Notes: generated by a model not told the origin, from the sequence alone. DNA of 64,000 nt from Dehalococcoidia bacterium (GCA_046328225.1 JAXLWZ010000004.1:99240-163239), one strand, 5' to 3'. Numbered from the stretch's first letter, positions 8,488 to 18,203 are shown. Translations and numbers: made by a program.

Positions 8488-9407
8488 GTGACGTCCGCGC
8501 TGAGCCGTTGAGCCCGATCGATGCCGCGACCCTCTGGCCGCAGCTCGGCCGGCTCGATACCGAGGTGCTTGCCACCCGCGGCGGCGAAAGCCTGCTCGTG
8601 CGCTTCGGCCTCGCCGCCACCGGTCTCACCCGCCTGCCGCGCATTCCCCGCACGGCCGTCCTCGGGGTCAAGCGCGGGCTCGGCTATCGCGGCGTCGTCG
8701 TCGTGAAGGAACTCGCCGGCGGCGCCGGCTGGGAGGCCGTGTCCCTGCGCCTCGCCCGCGAAAAGGACGACGAAGCCGTCACCGCGCTGCTCAGCGGCGC
8801 CGCGAACGAAGTCGCCTCCCGCGGCGGCCGCACCCTTTCGCTTCGTGCGGCCGAGGGTTCGCCCCACAAGGAGGCCATTCGCCGCGCGGGCTGCATGGCC
8901 TATCGCATCGAACGCCTCCATGCCGTGCCCGCGGCCCATCCCGCTGCCTCGGAGACGCGCTTCCGGCCCGCCACCCGCGCCGACCGTCATGGCATCTTCC
9001 GCCTTTATTGCCGCGCCGTGCCCGAACACATTCGCCGCCAGGAAGCGCCCACCCAGCAGGAGTGGCGCGCCGTCCTCGATTCCTTCGACGCAGGCCGCGA
9101 ATTCGTCCTCGAACGCGATGGCGCCATCGCCGCCTGGGTGGGCATGGGCGAACGCGAAAGCCGCGTCCTGGAAGACGGCACCGGCGAAGGCGTCGCCGAT
9201 GCCGCGCTCGCCCTCGTCGAAAGCGCCGGCCCACACCATGGCACCCTCGTCCTCGCCGAGGACCAGGTCTCCCTTGAACGCGAAGCGGATACCCGCGGCT
9301 ACACGCCCCTCGGTGTCCGCCTGGTCTTCGCACGCCGTATGGCGCTCCTCAACCCCCTGAAGGAGGTGGCTGCGGTCCCGGCCGAATCGCTCGCCCTGCC
9401 GCAGTAA
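8484..9407 (+). CDS. Hypothetical protein, possibly tandem GNAT-like folds
   Basis: ATGA overlap with pdxT and TAATG overlap with the next gene; no strong motif, weak acyl-CoA N-acyltransferase-like halves. Confidence 0.45.
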   Translation: MSDVRAEPLSPIDAATLWPQLGRLDTEVLATRGGESLLVRFGLAATGLTRLPRIPRTAVLGVKRGLGYRGVVVVKELAGGAGWEAVSLRLAREKDDEAVTALLSGAANEVASRGGRTLSLRAAEGSPHKEAIRRAGCMAYRIERLHAVPAAHPAASETRFRPATRADRHGIFRLYCRAVPEHIRRQEAPTQQEWRAVLDSFDAGREFVLERDGAIAAWVGMGERESRVLEDGTGEGVADAALALVESAGPHHGTLVLAEDQVSLEREADTRGYTPLGVRLVFARRMALLNPLKEVAAVPAESLALPQ

Positions 9408-11134
9408 TGCCCGTGACACAGCTCGAGCTCTCTGGTTCCGAATCCGGCTACACCGAGCAGATCATCACCGACGACCTGGACCTGCTCCTCGATTCCCTGC
9501 CGCCGCGCATCTGCGAGATCTTCCGCGAAGCGGAGCGGCGCAACGGACTCCTTGAAGTGGTCATGGACCTTGGCCGCCTCCCCGAGGCGCGCTACCCCGG
9601 CCGCGAAATCGTCCTCAGCCACCAGGAAGTGACCGAGGATGACCTCCTCTACGTCATCGAACACATCGGCGAATTCGGCCTCGACAACCGCGCCGGCATC
9701 GAACGTACCCTCCACCGCATCTCCTGCATCCGCAACCGCCGCGGCAAGGTCGTCGGCCTCACCTGCCGCGTTGGCCGCGCCGTCTACGGCACCATCCGCG
9801 TCATCGAAGACCTCGTCATGGGCGGCAAGAGCGTCCTCCTGCTGGGCCGCCCCGGTGTGGGCAAGACCACCATGCTCCGCGAAATCGCCCGCGTCCTCGC
9901 CGACGACGCCAACAAGCGGGTCATCATCGTCGATACCTCGAACGAAATCGGCGGCGACGGCGATATCCCGCATCCCGCCATCGGCGGCGCCCGCCGCATG
10001 CAGGTCGCGACCCCGGCGAACCAGCACGCCGTCATGATCGAAGCCGTCGAAAACCACATGCCCGAAGTCATCGTCATCGATGAGATCGGCACCGAGCTCG
10101 AAGCCGCCGCCGCCCGCACCATCGCCGAGCGCGGCGTCCAGCTCGTCGGCACCGCGCACGGCACCGAACTCGAAAACCTCATGCTCAACCCCACCCTCGC
10201 CGACCTCATCGGCGGCATCCAGTCCGTCACCCTCGGCGACGAGGAAGCCCGCCGCCGCGGCACCCAGAAGTCCATCCTCGAGCGCAAGGCCCCACCCACG
10301 TTCGACGTGGTCGTCGAAATCCAGAGCTGGCAGCGCGTCGCCGTCCACACCGATGTCGCCGAGACCATCGACGCCATGCTCCGCGGCTACGACGCACCCC
10401 CCGAGGTCCGCCAGCTCGGCTTCGGTGGCCGCCTCGAAATCGTCGATGAGCCCCTCGATCCCGACGCCGAGGAGCCTCGCGGCCGTGGCCTCTCTCCGCG
10501 CGGCGGAGGCTCCGCCGGTGGCGGCGGCCGCGGTGGCTGGGAGCTCGGCCTCCCCCGGACGCAGCATCGCCGCACCGGCGGCCACGTCCGCGATGAGGAT
10601 GCCCCCGCCGAACGGGAATCCCAGCGCGACCGCTTCGGCGCGCAGCACGGCGCCGGCGGGCCCACCATCAAGCTCTACCCGTTCGGGCTCAGCAAGGCCC
10701 GGCTCGACGAGGCGATGCGCAACGCCGGCACCAGCGTCGATATCGTCCACGACGTCCGCGAAGCCGATGTCGTCATCACGCTCCGCACCTACTATCGCCG
10801 CAAGCCCCCGGCCCTCCGCGAGGCCGAGGAGCGCTCCGTGCCCGTCTACGTCATCAAGAGCAACACCGCCCTCCAGATCGAGCAGGTGCTGACCCAGTTT
10901 CACCCCGGCGGCGGCGAACGCGGCATCCGCCGCGATCCCATGGTCGATGTCTTTCGCGAAACCGAGGACGCCATCGCTCGCGTGATGGAGGAGGGCCGCC
11001 CGATCGAGCTCCCGCCCGCGAACAGCTACGTCCGCCGCGTGCAGCACCAGCTCGCGACCCGCTACAACCTGGATTCGCGCAGCGCCGGCAAGGAACCGAA
11101 TCGCCGCGTCCGCATCCTGCCCACCTCCGGCTGA
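9407..11134 (+). CDS. Ycf45/SpoIIIAA-like P-loop ATPase with C-terminal R3H nucleic-acid-binding domain
   Basis: Walker A GRPGVGKTT, Walker B IIVIDEIG, conserved N-terminal EVVMDLGRLPEARYPG block typical of Ycf45; C-terminal R3H-like region. Confidence 0.75.
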   Translation: MPVTQLELSGSESGYTEQIITDDLDLLLDSLPPRICEIFREAERRNGLLEVVMDLGRLPEARYPGREIVLSHQEVTEDDLLYVIEHIGEFGLDNRAGIERTLHRISCIRNRRGKVVGLTCRVGRAVYGTIRVIEDLVMGGKSVLLLGRPGVGKTTMLREIARVLADDANKRVIIVDTSNEIGGDGDIPHPAIGGARRMQVATPANQHAVMIEAVENHMPEVIVIDEIGTELEAAAARTIAERGVQLVGTAHGTELENLMLNPTLADLIGGIQSVTLGDEEARRRGTQKSILERKAPPTFDVVVEIQSWQRVAVHTDVAETIDAMLRGYDAPPEVRQLGFGGRLEIVDEPLDPDAEEPRGRGLSPRGGGSAGGGGRGGWELGLPRTQHRRTGGHVRDEDAPAERESQRDRFGAQHGAGGPTIKLYPFGLSKARLDEAMRNAGTSVDIVHDVREADVVITLRTYYRRKPPALREAEERSVPVYVIKSNTALQIEQVLTQFHPGGGERGIRRDPMVDVFRETEDAIARVMEEGRPIELPPANSYVRRVQHQLATRYNLDSRSAGKEPNRRVRILPTSG

Positions 11135-11143
11135 GGCCACGCC

Positions 11144-12421
11144 CTAGGGCTTCGGCCCCAGCAGGACCAGGTCCGCGACGACCATCCCGCTTCGCGCATC
11201 GATGCCGCCGCTGACGGTGACAAGGTGCCCGGCGGCGGTCGCGCCCGCGAGCCATTCGCGCAGCGTGATGCCGCTCTCGCCGACGAGGATGCGCGTGTCG
11301 GCCCGCAGCTGGACGCGCACGGGCCCACCATCGGTCGCCACGCGCAGCACCAGCCCGTCGCGCTCCGTGAGCACGCCCGTCACGCGCAGCAGCCCCGTCG
11401 CCGGCGGTGTACTCGCCACACTCGGCCGATTGGGCGGCGTCACCGCGGTGCCGCTCGCCGGCGTCAGCGTCGGGCGAACACCAGCCGCCCCCCGCGTGGG
11501 GGGAAGCGCCACACCCTCGAACTCAAGGAAGAACATCCCGCCCGCTCCCGGCGACACCCCGGCCACGGTTACCCGCCGCCCGATGACCTCACCGAGCTCC
11601 ACGAGCCGCTCCGCCGAACGTGGGTCGATGATGACCAGGACCCGCTGCCCGCCGGCTACCTCGAGGGTCACGCGGCCGCGCCCCGCGGGCGTCAGCGCGA
11701 AGGCGACCACGCGGCCCGGCAGCTTCCCGTCGAGCGATTCCAGGCGCCGCATCGCGACCTTCGCCGGGGCCGGCAGCTTCGCCGATGATACCGCCAGCGT
11801 TCGCGCACTCACGTTCCCGTCATCGTCCGCCACCCCTCCGACGAGCACGGTGTCGCCCGCCTTGAGCGTCCCCGGGTCCACGGCCGCACCATCGGCCACG
11901 GCCGTCGTCGACTCCCCGACCTGGACGGTGACCGTCCCGAGCTCGTACCGGAGTTCGAGCGCCCCCGGGCTGACGCGCGCGACCGTGCCCTGGAGCTGCA
12001 CATAATCCCCCGCTTCGAACGCCGCCGCTGCCTCCGTCGTGTTCCGCAGGTTCTGCGCGGCGAAGAGCGCGGCCACGGCCACGATCCCGATGGCGGCCGC
12101 CACCGCCACCCCGCGCACCCCCGTGACCAGCACCGCGAACCGTCCGAAGCGGCCCCCTGGCTTCGCCGTGGACACCGGGGCACGCCCCTTCGTCGCGGTA
12201 GCTGCCGCCTGCTGCTGTGCCGTGAATCGCTCGAATCGCGCGCGCGCCGTGGGCTTCGCCGCGGAAGCGTCCTCGTGCGCGGCATCCCGTGCCGCCCGCA
12301 GCATCGCCCGCCCCGCGAGCAGCCGCTCAAGCTCCGCACGCTCGGCACCGGTCGCCTCCGGTGGGATGCTCCCGGTTTCGATCGCCCGTTCGAGGAGGTC
12401 GTCGATGCGGTCCGCCATCAC
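11144..12421 (-). CDS. Anti-sigma factor, single-pass membrane protein with large beta-rich extracytoplasmic domain
   Basis: ATGA-coupled immediately downstream of the ECF sigma gene; N-terminal cytoplasmic helical domain, TM helix VAVAAAIGIVAVAALFAA, repeated beta-domain C-terminus. Confidence 0.55.
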   Translation of the reverse strand: MMADRIDDLLERAIETGSIPPEATGAERAELERLLAGRAMLRAARDAAHEDASAAKPTARARFERFTAQQQAAATATKGRAPVSTAKPGGRFGRFAVLVTGVRGVAVAAAIGIVAVAALFAAQNLRNTTEAAAAFEAGDYVQLQGTVARVSPGALELRYELGTVTVQVGESTTAVADGAAVDPGTLKAGDTVLVGGVADDDGNVSARTLAVSSAKLPAPAKVAMRRLESLDGKLPGRVVAFALTPAGRGRVTLEVAGGQRVLVIIDPRSAERLVELGEVIGRRVTVAGVSPGAGGMFFLEFEGVALPPTRGAAGVRPTLTPASGTAVTPPNRPSVASTPPATGLLRVTGVLTERDGLVLRVATDGGPVRVQLRADTRILVGESGITLREWLAGATAAGHLVTVSGGIDARSGMVVADLVLLGPKP

Positions 12422-13002
12422 AGCTCTCCCCCCGCATAGGCGCTCCCCGCGAGCGCTCGCTGCATCGCCGCCAGCGCCCGCCGCTGCAGGTTCTTCACCG
12501 CGTCCTCGGACCGGTTCATCAGCTTCGCCGTGTCCGCCACCGATTTATCGAGCAGGAAGCGCAGCGAGAGCACCGTCTGCTGGTCCTCCGTGAGCGCGTG
12601 CATCGCCCGCGAGAGGTCCTGCCGCAGCTCCAGCGCCGCGATGCCGTCCGCGTCCGGTGGTGCTACCGCTTCCACCAGTTCCTCCTCGAATCCCCTGCGC
12701 CCGAGCTTCTTGATGTGGTCCCGGGCGAGGTTCCGCGCGATGCCGATGAGCCAGGCCTCGATGGGCACGCCCCGGTAATCGAAACGGTCCGCGCGTGCGT
12801 AGGCCACTTCGAACACCTGCGAGGCGATATCCTCGGCCTCCGCCGCGCCCCGCAGCCGGTAGCGCACGAAGCCAAAGACGGCGTTCCAGTGCCGGTCGAA
12901 AATCTCCGACCAGGCCGCCGCGTCCCGTGCGGCCGCCCGGCGGGCGATTTCCGCGTCATCACGGCCCTCAGCCGCCAGCGCATCTGCCTTTACCTCAAGC
13001 AC
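12418..13002 (-). CDS. ECF (sigma-70 family) RNA polymerase sigma factor
   Basis: Region 2 (FDRHWNAVFGFVRYRL...AEDIASQVFEVAY) and region 4 (LTEDQQTVLSLRFLLDKSVADTAKLMNRSEDAVKNLQRRA). Confidence 0.85.
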   Translation of the reverse strand: MLEVKADALAAEGRDDAEIARRAAARDAAAWSEIFDRHWNAVFGFVRYRLRGAAEAEDIASQVFEVAYARADRFDYRGVPIEAWLIGIARNLARDHIKKLGRRGFEEELVEAVAPPDADGIAALELRQDLSRAMHALTEDQQTVLSLRFLLDKSVADTAKLMNRSEDAVKNLQRRALAAMQRALAGSAYAGGEL

Positions 13003-13124
13003 AGCGGTTTCACTGTACGAATGGCACGGCCGCGCCGAAAGGTGACGGCTTCCCTAGGGATAACCGCCAACAATCCAGGGGATGCCCGGTGAAGGGGCTC
13101 GCTTGCGGGCGAGGACGCCCGCCG

Positions 13125-13775
13125 CTACCCGCCGTCGCGCGCTTCGATGTACTCCATCGTCCGGCGGTACGCATCCTCCTGGATGTGCCCTGCCGACATC
13201 AGGTACGTCGCGATCTGGTCGAGCTTGAGGATGCTCACGAGGTTGATGCCGGCCGCCTTCAGGTTCGTGCGGCCGCCTTCCTGCCGGTCGATGAGCGTCA
13301 CCGCGTCGCGCACCACCAGGCCCGCCTCCGTCAGCGTCGCCGCCGTCTGGAGGATGCTGCCGCCGCCCGTGATCAGGTCATCGATGATCAGGCACGATTG
13401 CCCGCGCACGAAGATGCCCTCGATCACGTCCGCCTTATCCGTCGCCGGCGGGTGGATGTAGATCATGGGCGTGTTCACGGCGAGCGAAAACGCCGTCGCC
13501 ACGTGCAGCCCGCCAAAGGGCACCCCCGCGACCAGCGTGAACGGCTGCACGTGCGGGTTGCGCATCGACATCAGCGTTTCCAGCTCTTCGCGGATGATGC
13601 GCGCGCACTTCGCCAGCGCCTTCGGGTTCGAAATCAACCGCCGCAGGTTGATATAGATGGGCGAATGAACCGACGTGCGGCCGAGCGTGTAGTCGCCGAA
13701 ATCGATCGCGTTGAGCTTCCAGAGCTCCTCGGCGAGCCAGAGGTTACCGGCCGGGGTTTTCGACAAGCGTGGCAC
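13125..13775 (-). CDS. pyrE: Orotate phosphoribosyltransferase-like type I PRTase
   Basis: PRPP-binding loop LIIDDLITGGGS; GTG start at 13775 (the track ORF extends upstream to 13931). Confidence 0.7.
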   Translation of the reverse strand: MPRLSKTPAGNLWLAEELWKLNAIDFGDYTLGRTSVHSPIYINLRRLISNPKALAKCARIIREELETLMSMRNPHVQPFTLVAGVPFGGLHVATAFSLAVNTPMIYIHPPATDKADVIEGIFVRGQSCLIIDDLITGGGSILQTAATLTEAGLVVRDAVTLIDRQEGGRTNLKAAGINLVSILKLDQIATYLMSAGHIQEDAYRRTMEYIEARDGG

Positions 13776-13935
13776 TCCAGTGAGCGTGGCGGGGAACCAC
13801 GCAAGCGTACCCCCTTTTTCGCTACCTGAACGTAATGTGTCAAGTCGAAGCGCCGTCAGCGCCCCTGCGGGCCACGGTTCGCCGTGCCTCCCGCGTTGCC
13901 CGGGAGCCGCGCTTGGGCCATACTCAAACACGAGT

Positions 13936-14022
13936 GCCGAAGTGGCGGAATGGCAGACGCGCTACGTTCAGGGCGTAGTGTCCGTAATGGGCGTGCGAGT
14001 TCAAATCTCGCCTTCGGCACCA
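13936..14022 (+). tRNA. tRNA-Leu (anticodon CAG)
   Basis: Hand-folded cloverleaf: acceptor GCCGAAG/CUUCGGC, anticodon stem CUACG/CGUAG with loop UUCAGGG, long variable arm, T-arm GCGAG-UUCAAAU-CUCGC, encoded CCA. Confidence 0.85.
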
Positions 14023-14030
14023 GCACTCAG

Positions 14031-14106
14031 GCGCCCGTGGCTCAGCGGATAGAGCGTTAGGTTGCGGACCTAAAGGTCGGAGGTTCGAGTCCTCCCGGGC
14101 GTACCA
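14031..14106 (+). tRNA. tRNA-Arg (anticodon reads GCG)
   Basis: Acceptor GCGCCCG/CGGGCGU, D-arm GCUC-AGCGGAUA-GAGC, anticodon loop UUGCGGA, T-arm GGAGG-UUCGAGU-CCUCC, CCA; overall close to E. coli tRNA-Arg. Confidence 0.8.
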
Positions 14107-14117
14107 ATCAACGAAGC

Positions 14118-14143
14118 GAAGGCCCTCCACCCGGAGGGCCTCC
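14118..14143. terminator. Hairpin after the tRNA pair, possibly bidirectional
   Basis: gaaggccctcc-accc-ggagggcctcc; sits between the tRNA-Arg 3' end and the stop of the convergent GNAT gene. Confidence 0.4.
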
Positions 14144-14144
14144 G

Positions 14145-14882
14145 TCATTCCCGCGCGATCGCCACGCTCGTCCCCACCAGCGGCAGCCCCAGTTCGCGCG
14201 CCACCGCACGCGACGCCAGGTTCGTCACCGACGTGCTGTAGAACAACGTCCGCGCTCCCAGCGCCGGGTGCGCGCTCCACGCGGCCGTGACCGCGCCGGC
14301 GAGCCGCCGTCCCCGGAAGCGCGGGAAGGTGTAGACGCCCACGTCGGACGCCTCGTCTCCGAGCCGGGCGGCGAACGCCGTGGCCGCCATCTCGCCCTCC
14401 ACGAGCGCGATGCACCACGGCTCCCAGAACTCCTCCATCACCGGGAAGCCCGCAGCCGCCACATCCGCGGGCATGCCCTCGCGCCGCACCCGTTCGGCCA
14501 GCGCTGCCGCGGACTCCGTCCCCGAAAGCACCAGCTCCGCCGGGACCGCGGGCAGCGCGTGGCGCTCGAGCACGAACGTCAGGTGCATGTCCCGCGGCCG
14601 GGCGGTGCCGTCTGCGCCGCCGAGGGCGCGCGCGAACTCCGCCAGCGGGAGTTCGCGCACGTCCTCGCGTTCGCGCACCGCCGCGTGCAACGAATGCACC
14701 GCCGCCGCGGCATCGTCGCTCACCCCGCACCCGAGCCAGTACCCGCTGCCGCCGGCTCCCGCCGCAATGTAGAGGTCCGGCGCCGGCCGCCCGCCGGGGG
14801 CGTTCTCGGCGAGCAACCGGCCGTGCGCGTCTCGCGTGAAGAGCGCGCTCGCCTGCAGCACCAGCAATTCCAGGCCGTTCAC
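14145..14882 (-). CDS. GNAT-family acetyltransferase-like protein
   Basis: C-terminal half resembles the acyl-CoA N-acyltransferase fold (RFRGRRLAGAVTAAW...); weak. Confidence 0.45.
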   Translation of the reverse strand: MNGLELLVLQASALFTRDAHGRLLAENAPGGRPAPDLYIAAGAGGSGYWLGCGVSDDAAAAVHSLHAAVREREDVRELPLAEFARALGGADGTARPRDMHLTFVLERHALPAVPAELVLSGTESAAALAERVRREGMPADVAAAGFPVMEEFWEPWCIALVEGEMAATAFAARLGDEASDVGVYTFPRFRGRRLAGAVTAAWSAHPALGARTLFYSTSVTNLASRAVARELGLPLVGTSVAIARE

Positions 14883-14892
14883 GCCACGGATG

Positions 14893-15291
14893 CTAGGCCG
14901 GCTGGTACCACTCCGCGTGGCGCGTCGCCACGTGCGCCAGCCCGACGTGCACGCCGTCCGCGTCGCTCGCGATGGAGAGCGTCACCTGCTTCCGGCGCGC
15001 GGCCTCCAGCGGCCTCGCCGGCTTCACCGATTCAAGCACGAACGGCATCGCCGCCGTGTCCGCCATCGCCCACGCTTCCACGATCGCCGCGACCGTGAAC
15101 GCCGGCAGCGCGCGGAACTCCTCGATGAGCGTCGACCGCTGGCCCGCTTCCGCCACCTCCGCCAGCGCGCGGATGTACTCCGCCGGCTCGGCGCGCGCCG
15201 CCCGGAGCGCCCGCAGCTCCTCGGCGATCCGCGGCTCCGCGAACGCCCGCGAAAGCCAGCCCATCGTCTCTTCGCACCCGACCCATGTCAT
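14893..15291 (-). CDS. Hypothetical protein (132 aa)
   Basis: Protein-like composition at the C-terminal end of the long track ORF 14893..16665; the opposing +frame here is Arg-rich junk. Confidence 0.35.
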   Translation of the reverse strand: MTWVGCEETMGWLSRAFAEPRIAEELRALRAARAEPAEYIRALAEVAEAGQRSTLIEEFRALPAFTVAAIVEAWAMADTAAMPFVLESVKPARPLEAARRKQVTLSIASDADGVHVGLAHVATRHAEWYQPA

Positions 15292-15372
15292 CGTTGCTTC
15301 CTCCGAAACCGAATGGAGGGAGTCTGCCCGGCCGAACGCTATGTCACCTATCTCCGAAGAGTGGACACCCGG

Positions 15373-16944
15373 ATGTACACTCACCCGGTGACGCCCCAGG
15401 TACCCACCAGCCCGCCGGCGAGTTCCATCGAGCGGCTCCGCGGCATGCTCCGCGAACAGGGGCGCACCGCCAGCCTGGACCGCGAGGTCGAAGCCGCCCT
15501 CGAAGCGGCCTACGTTTCCAACAACCTCGAAGAGCTTTCGCAGGTCGTGCACTTCGTCTGCGCGGGCCTCGATGCCGAAGGCCGCTTCGATGAAGCCCTC
15601 GCGCTGATCGAGCACTCGACCGCGTGGACCGCCCGCCGCCCCGAGGCGCGCGCGCTCATCCAGGCGCTCTCCGCCGGCATGCTGCTCTCCCGAGGCCGCG
15701 TCGAGGCCGCCCGGGCCGCCATCGCCAGCGCCGGTATCGATGAGCCCCGGCTCGTCACCCCGTTCGCCCGCGCCGTCGTCGTGAGTACCCGCAGTGTGGT
15801 CGACATGGTCTCGCTCACGCCCGGCGCCGTCGCCCGCGCCGAGAACGTCCTTTCCGACCCGTCGCTGCAGGCCATCCCCCGTCAGCAGCTCTGGGTGCTG
15901 AGCTGGTTCGTGCCCTGCGTGGCGGCCATGGGCCGGCGTGGCAGCATCGAACCGTGGTTGCGGCTCCTCCGTGCCCTCGCGCGCGCCGAAGGCCACGAGT
16001 GGCGCCTGGCCGATGCGCGCTCCTTCGAATACGCGCTCGCGGTCGGCCCCTCGTGTGGTCGTGGCGCCATCCCCGAGCCCGCCGAGCCGATGCTTTCGAA
16101 CCCCATCGCCGAGATGCGCTGCGTGCTCGCACGCCTTCGCGCATCCGTCGTCCGCCGCGACTGGCCCGCCGTCGGCGCCCCCCTCCAGCGCCTCGCGGAG
16201 ATGGACGCCGCCCAGGGAGGGTCCCCCTTCGGCGCCGTCGCGAACTACCACGCGCTGGTCGAAGCGCACCGCGACGGCGAAATCACCACCCCGGTCGCGT
16301 TCGCCGCGGAGTTTCACCTGGGCAACCTCCCGGCGACGCTCGCCGGCGTCGAGGCCATCGCCCACGGCGGCACGCAGTCCGAGGCGGTCGCCGCTCTGCG
16401 CCGCATGTCCGCCATCCCGCGCGCCATCGAGACATCGCTCGAATGGCCCGTCTCCCGCGCGCGCGTGCAGGGGTTGCTCGCCCTTCGCGCCGGGAACGAA
16501 AAGGACGCACGCCGCCTGCTGCAGCACGCCATCGAGTGGGCCAGCGATGCGGGGTACGGGGTGGAGCGCGACCTCGCCGCCTTCCAGCTCGGCGAACTGT
16601 TCGCCAACGGCACCCTCATCGTCTCCCAGAAGCAGCGCCGCACGCAGCGTCGCGACGCCAGTCACTCACTCCTCCACGCCGGGATCGACCCCGGGCCGCA
16701 CGCACTGCCCGTCGCCCGTGCCCTCAGCCGCGGCGCCGGCATGGAACTTGGCGGCCACCTCGCGCCGCGCGAGGTCGAAGTGCTGCGCAAGCTCGCCGAA
16801 GGCCTCAGCTACAAGGAAACCGCGGCCGCTCTCGGCGTGAAGCCGTCCACCGTGCAGACGCTCGCGCACCGCTGCTACGACAAGCTCGGGGTGAACGGGC
16901 GCGTCGCCGCCATGAATCTCGCGCGTGAGCTCGGCATCCTCTGA
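15373..16944 (+). CDS. Large LuxR-family transcriptional regulator (helical N-terminal domain + C-terminal LuxR HTH)
   Basis: C-terminal EVEVLRKLAEGLSYKETAAALGVKPSTVQTLAHRCYDKLGVNGRVAAMNLA is a canonical LuxR/GerE HTH; start taken at MYTHPV (the upstream part of the track ORF is Arg-rich artefact). Confidence 0.75.
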   Translation: MYTHPVTPQVPTSPPASSIERLRGMLREQGRTASLDREVEAALEAAYVSNNLEELSQVVHFVCAGLDAEGRFDEALALIEHSTAWTARRPEARALIQALSAGMLLSRGRVEAARAAIASAGIDEPRLVTPFARAVVVSTRSVVDMVSLTPGAVARAENVLSDPSLQAIPRQQLWVLSWFVPCVAAMGRRGSIEPWLRLLRALARAEGHEWRLADARSFEYALAVGPSCGRGAIPEPAEPMLSNPIAEMRCVLARLRASVVRRDWPAVGAPLQRLAEMDAAQGGSPFGAVANYHALVEAHRDGEITTPVAFAAEFHLGNLPATLAGVEAIAHGGTQSEAVAALRRMSAIPRAIETSLEWPVSRARVQGLLALRAGNEKDARRLLQHAIEWASDAGYGVERDLAAFQLGELFANGTLIVSQKQRRTQRRDASHSLLHAGIDPGPHALPVARALSRGAGMELGGHLAPREVEVLRKLAEGLSYKETAAALGVKPSTVQTLAHRCYDKLGVNGRVAAMNLARELGIL

Positions 16945-17178
16945 GGCCGTCCCGTTCGATGGACAAACCCGTGTCCATCGATTTCCGAATATTGCGGCGC
17001 ACGACGCTTCCTTAACATTTGATCCGGACACGACATGCGCGCCCCGGCCCGGCCCCACTCGCATGCATCGGCCCACGCGGCCGGCGCTTGCGAGCGGAGC
17101 GGAAGGGGCCGGGCCACATGCCGGTGCAAGGCCGGGCGCACGCCCGGCCTTCGCATTGTCCGTTCGATGCCGCCGGTT

Positions 17179-17676
17179 CTACTCCGTGGTCTCGCGCTGG
17201 CGGGCCTGGTACTCGCGGTCCGCACGCTTTCCCCGGTACACGCTCATGTCGATGGCGCGGCGCACCTCGGGCACGAGCTTGAACAGAAGCCGCGGTTCGG
17301 TCTGCATGTTCGAAAAGAAGCGCTCCACCGCCTCGGCGTTCGCCGGGTCGCCGCGGCCCACGTACTTCTCGGCCAGCGCCCGCGAGATCGGCCAGATATC
17401 GAAGTCCGGCAGTTCTTTCGCCTCGACATAGCCATCGAATTCGATGTGGCCCGAGTTCGGCCTGCCCGCTTCGATGCACAGCGACGCACGCGGGTCCTTC
17501 AGCAGCTGTTTGCACCACACCCGCGAGTACGTTCCCGTGACCCAGATCTCACCGTCGCGCCAGAGCCACCAGACAGGCACCGTGTACGGCATGCCGTCCT
17601 TCCGCAGCGTCGCGATGACGCCCGTGATCGGCTGCTGCAGGAACGCCTCCTGCTTCTCGTCGGACATCCGGGGCAT
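17179..17676 (-). CDS. PPOX-class FMN/F420-binding protein
   Basis: ITGVIATLRKDGMPYTVPVWWLWRDGEIWV split-barrel motif. Confidence 0.65.
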   Translation of the reverse strand: MPRMSDEKQEAFLQQPITGVIATLRKDGMPYTVPVWWLWRDGEIWVTGTYSRVWCKQLLKDPRASLCIEAGRPNSGHIEFDGYVEAKELPDFDIWPISRALAEKYVGRGDPANAEAVERFFSNMQTEPRLLFKLVPEVRRAIDMSVYRGKRADREYQARQRETTE

Positions 17677-17781
17677 GCCATCCTCCACGGCCCGGCACAC
17701 ACTGGGTGTCCGGCGCACCGCGGCGATCCTGCATGCCCCGCCGGCGTGCCGCAATCGGCTGTCGTGCCTGGCGGCCCGGCC

Positions 17782-18039
17782 TCAGGCGGTGGCCAGCGCC
17801 GCGACCTCCTGCGCCGGGACCATGCCCTTCAGCACGCGCTCCAGCGCCATCGTGTGGCTGCACACCTGCCAGCCCTCGAAGAAGTCGCAGTTACAGTGCC
17901 ACCGGCTGTCCCGGATGGTGACCTCGTGGTCGCTGTTCTCCCCATGGAAGCTGACGTGAAGGCCATCGATCTGCATGCGATGGCGCTCGCCGGCGTACGC
18001 GCGGGCTTTCTCGACCTTGGAGATGAGGCTGGACTGCAT
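17782..18039 (-). CDS. Small SWIM zinc-finger protein (85 aa)
   Basis: WHCNCDFFEGWQVCSHTMA = CxCxnCxH SWIM signature; start at MQSSLISK. Confidence 0.55.
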   Translation of the reverse strand: MQSSLISKVEKARAYAGERHRMQIDGLHVSFHGENSDHEVTIRDSRWHCNCDFFEGWQVCSHTMALERVLKGMVPAQEVAALATA

Positions 18040-18203
18040 TCGGGGGCTCCCCTTTCGTGGTGTGTGACCCGAGAGACTGTCCGGATGCGCCCCCCTCTGA
18101 AACCACAAACGGCGACGCCTGCGCGCCGCCGTCCGTTCACCCTCTCTTGATTCCAGAGAGCGCATCCATAGGCCCCGACACTAGTCCCCTCGATCCCGCC
18201 CTG

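Noticed and set aside
13003-13124. ECF autoregulatory promoter upstream of the sigma gene
   Set aside because: The only GGAAG...CGT candidate has a ~20-nt spacer, outside the 16-17 nt expected; not supportable from sequence alone.
13776-13931. Upstream extension of pyrE to the track start at 13931
   Set aside because: OPRTases are ~200 aa. Homology begins after the GTG at 13775, and the extension would abut the tRNA-Leu gene.
14836-15372. N-terminal 179 codons of track ORF 14836..16944 as part of the LuxR regulator
   Set aside because: The segment is Arg-rich junk (RVARRHVRQPDVHAVRV...). A protein-like ORF is on the opposite strand (14893-15291), and a good Met start with a helical domain begins at 15373.
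17035-18150. 371-aa + strand ORF across the PPOX/SWIM region
   Set aside because: Antisense to two motif-bearing minus-strand genes; composition is His/Arg/Pro-biased with no domains.
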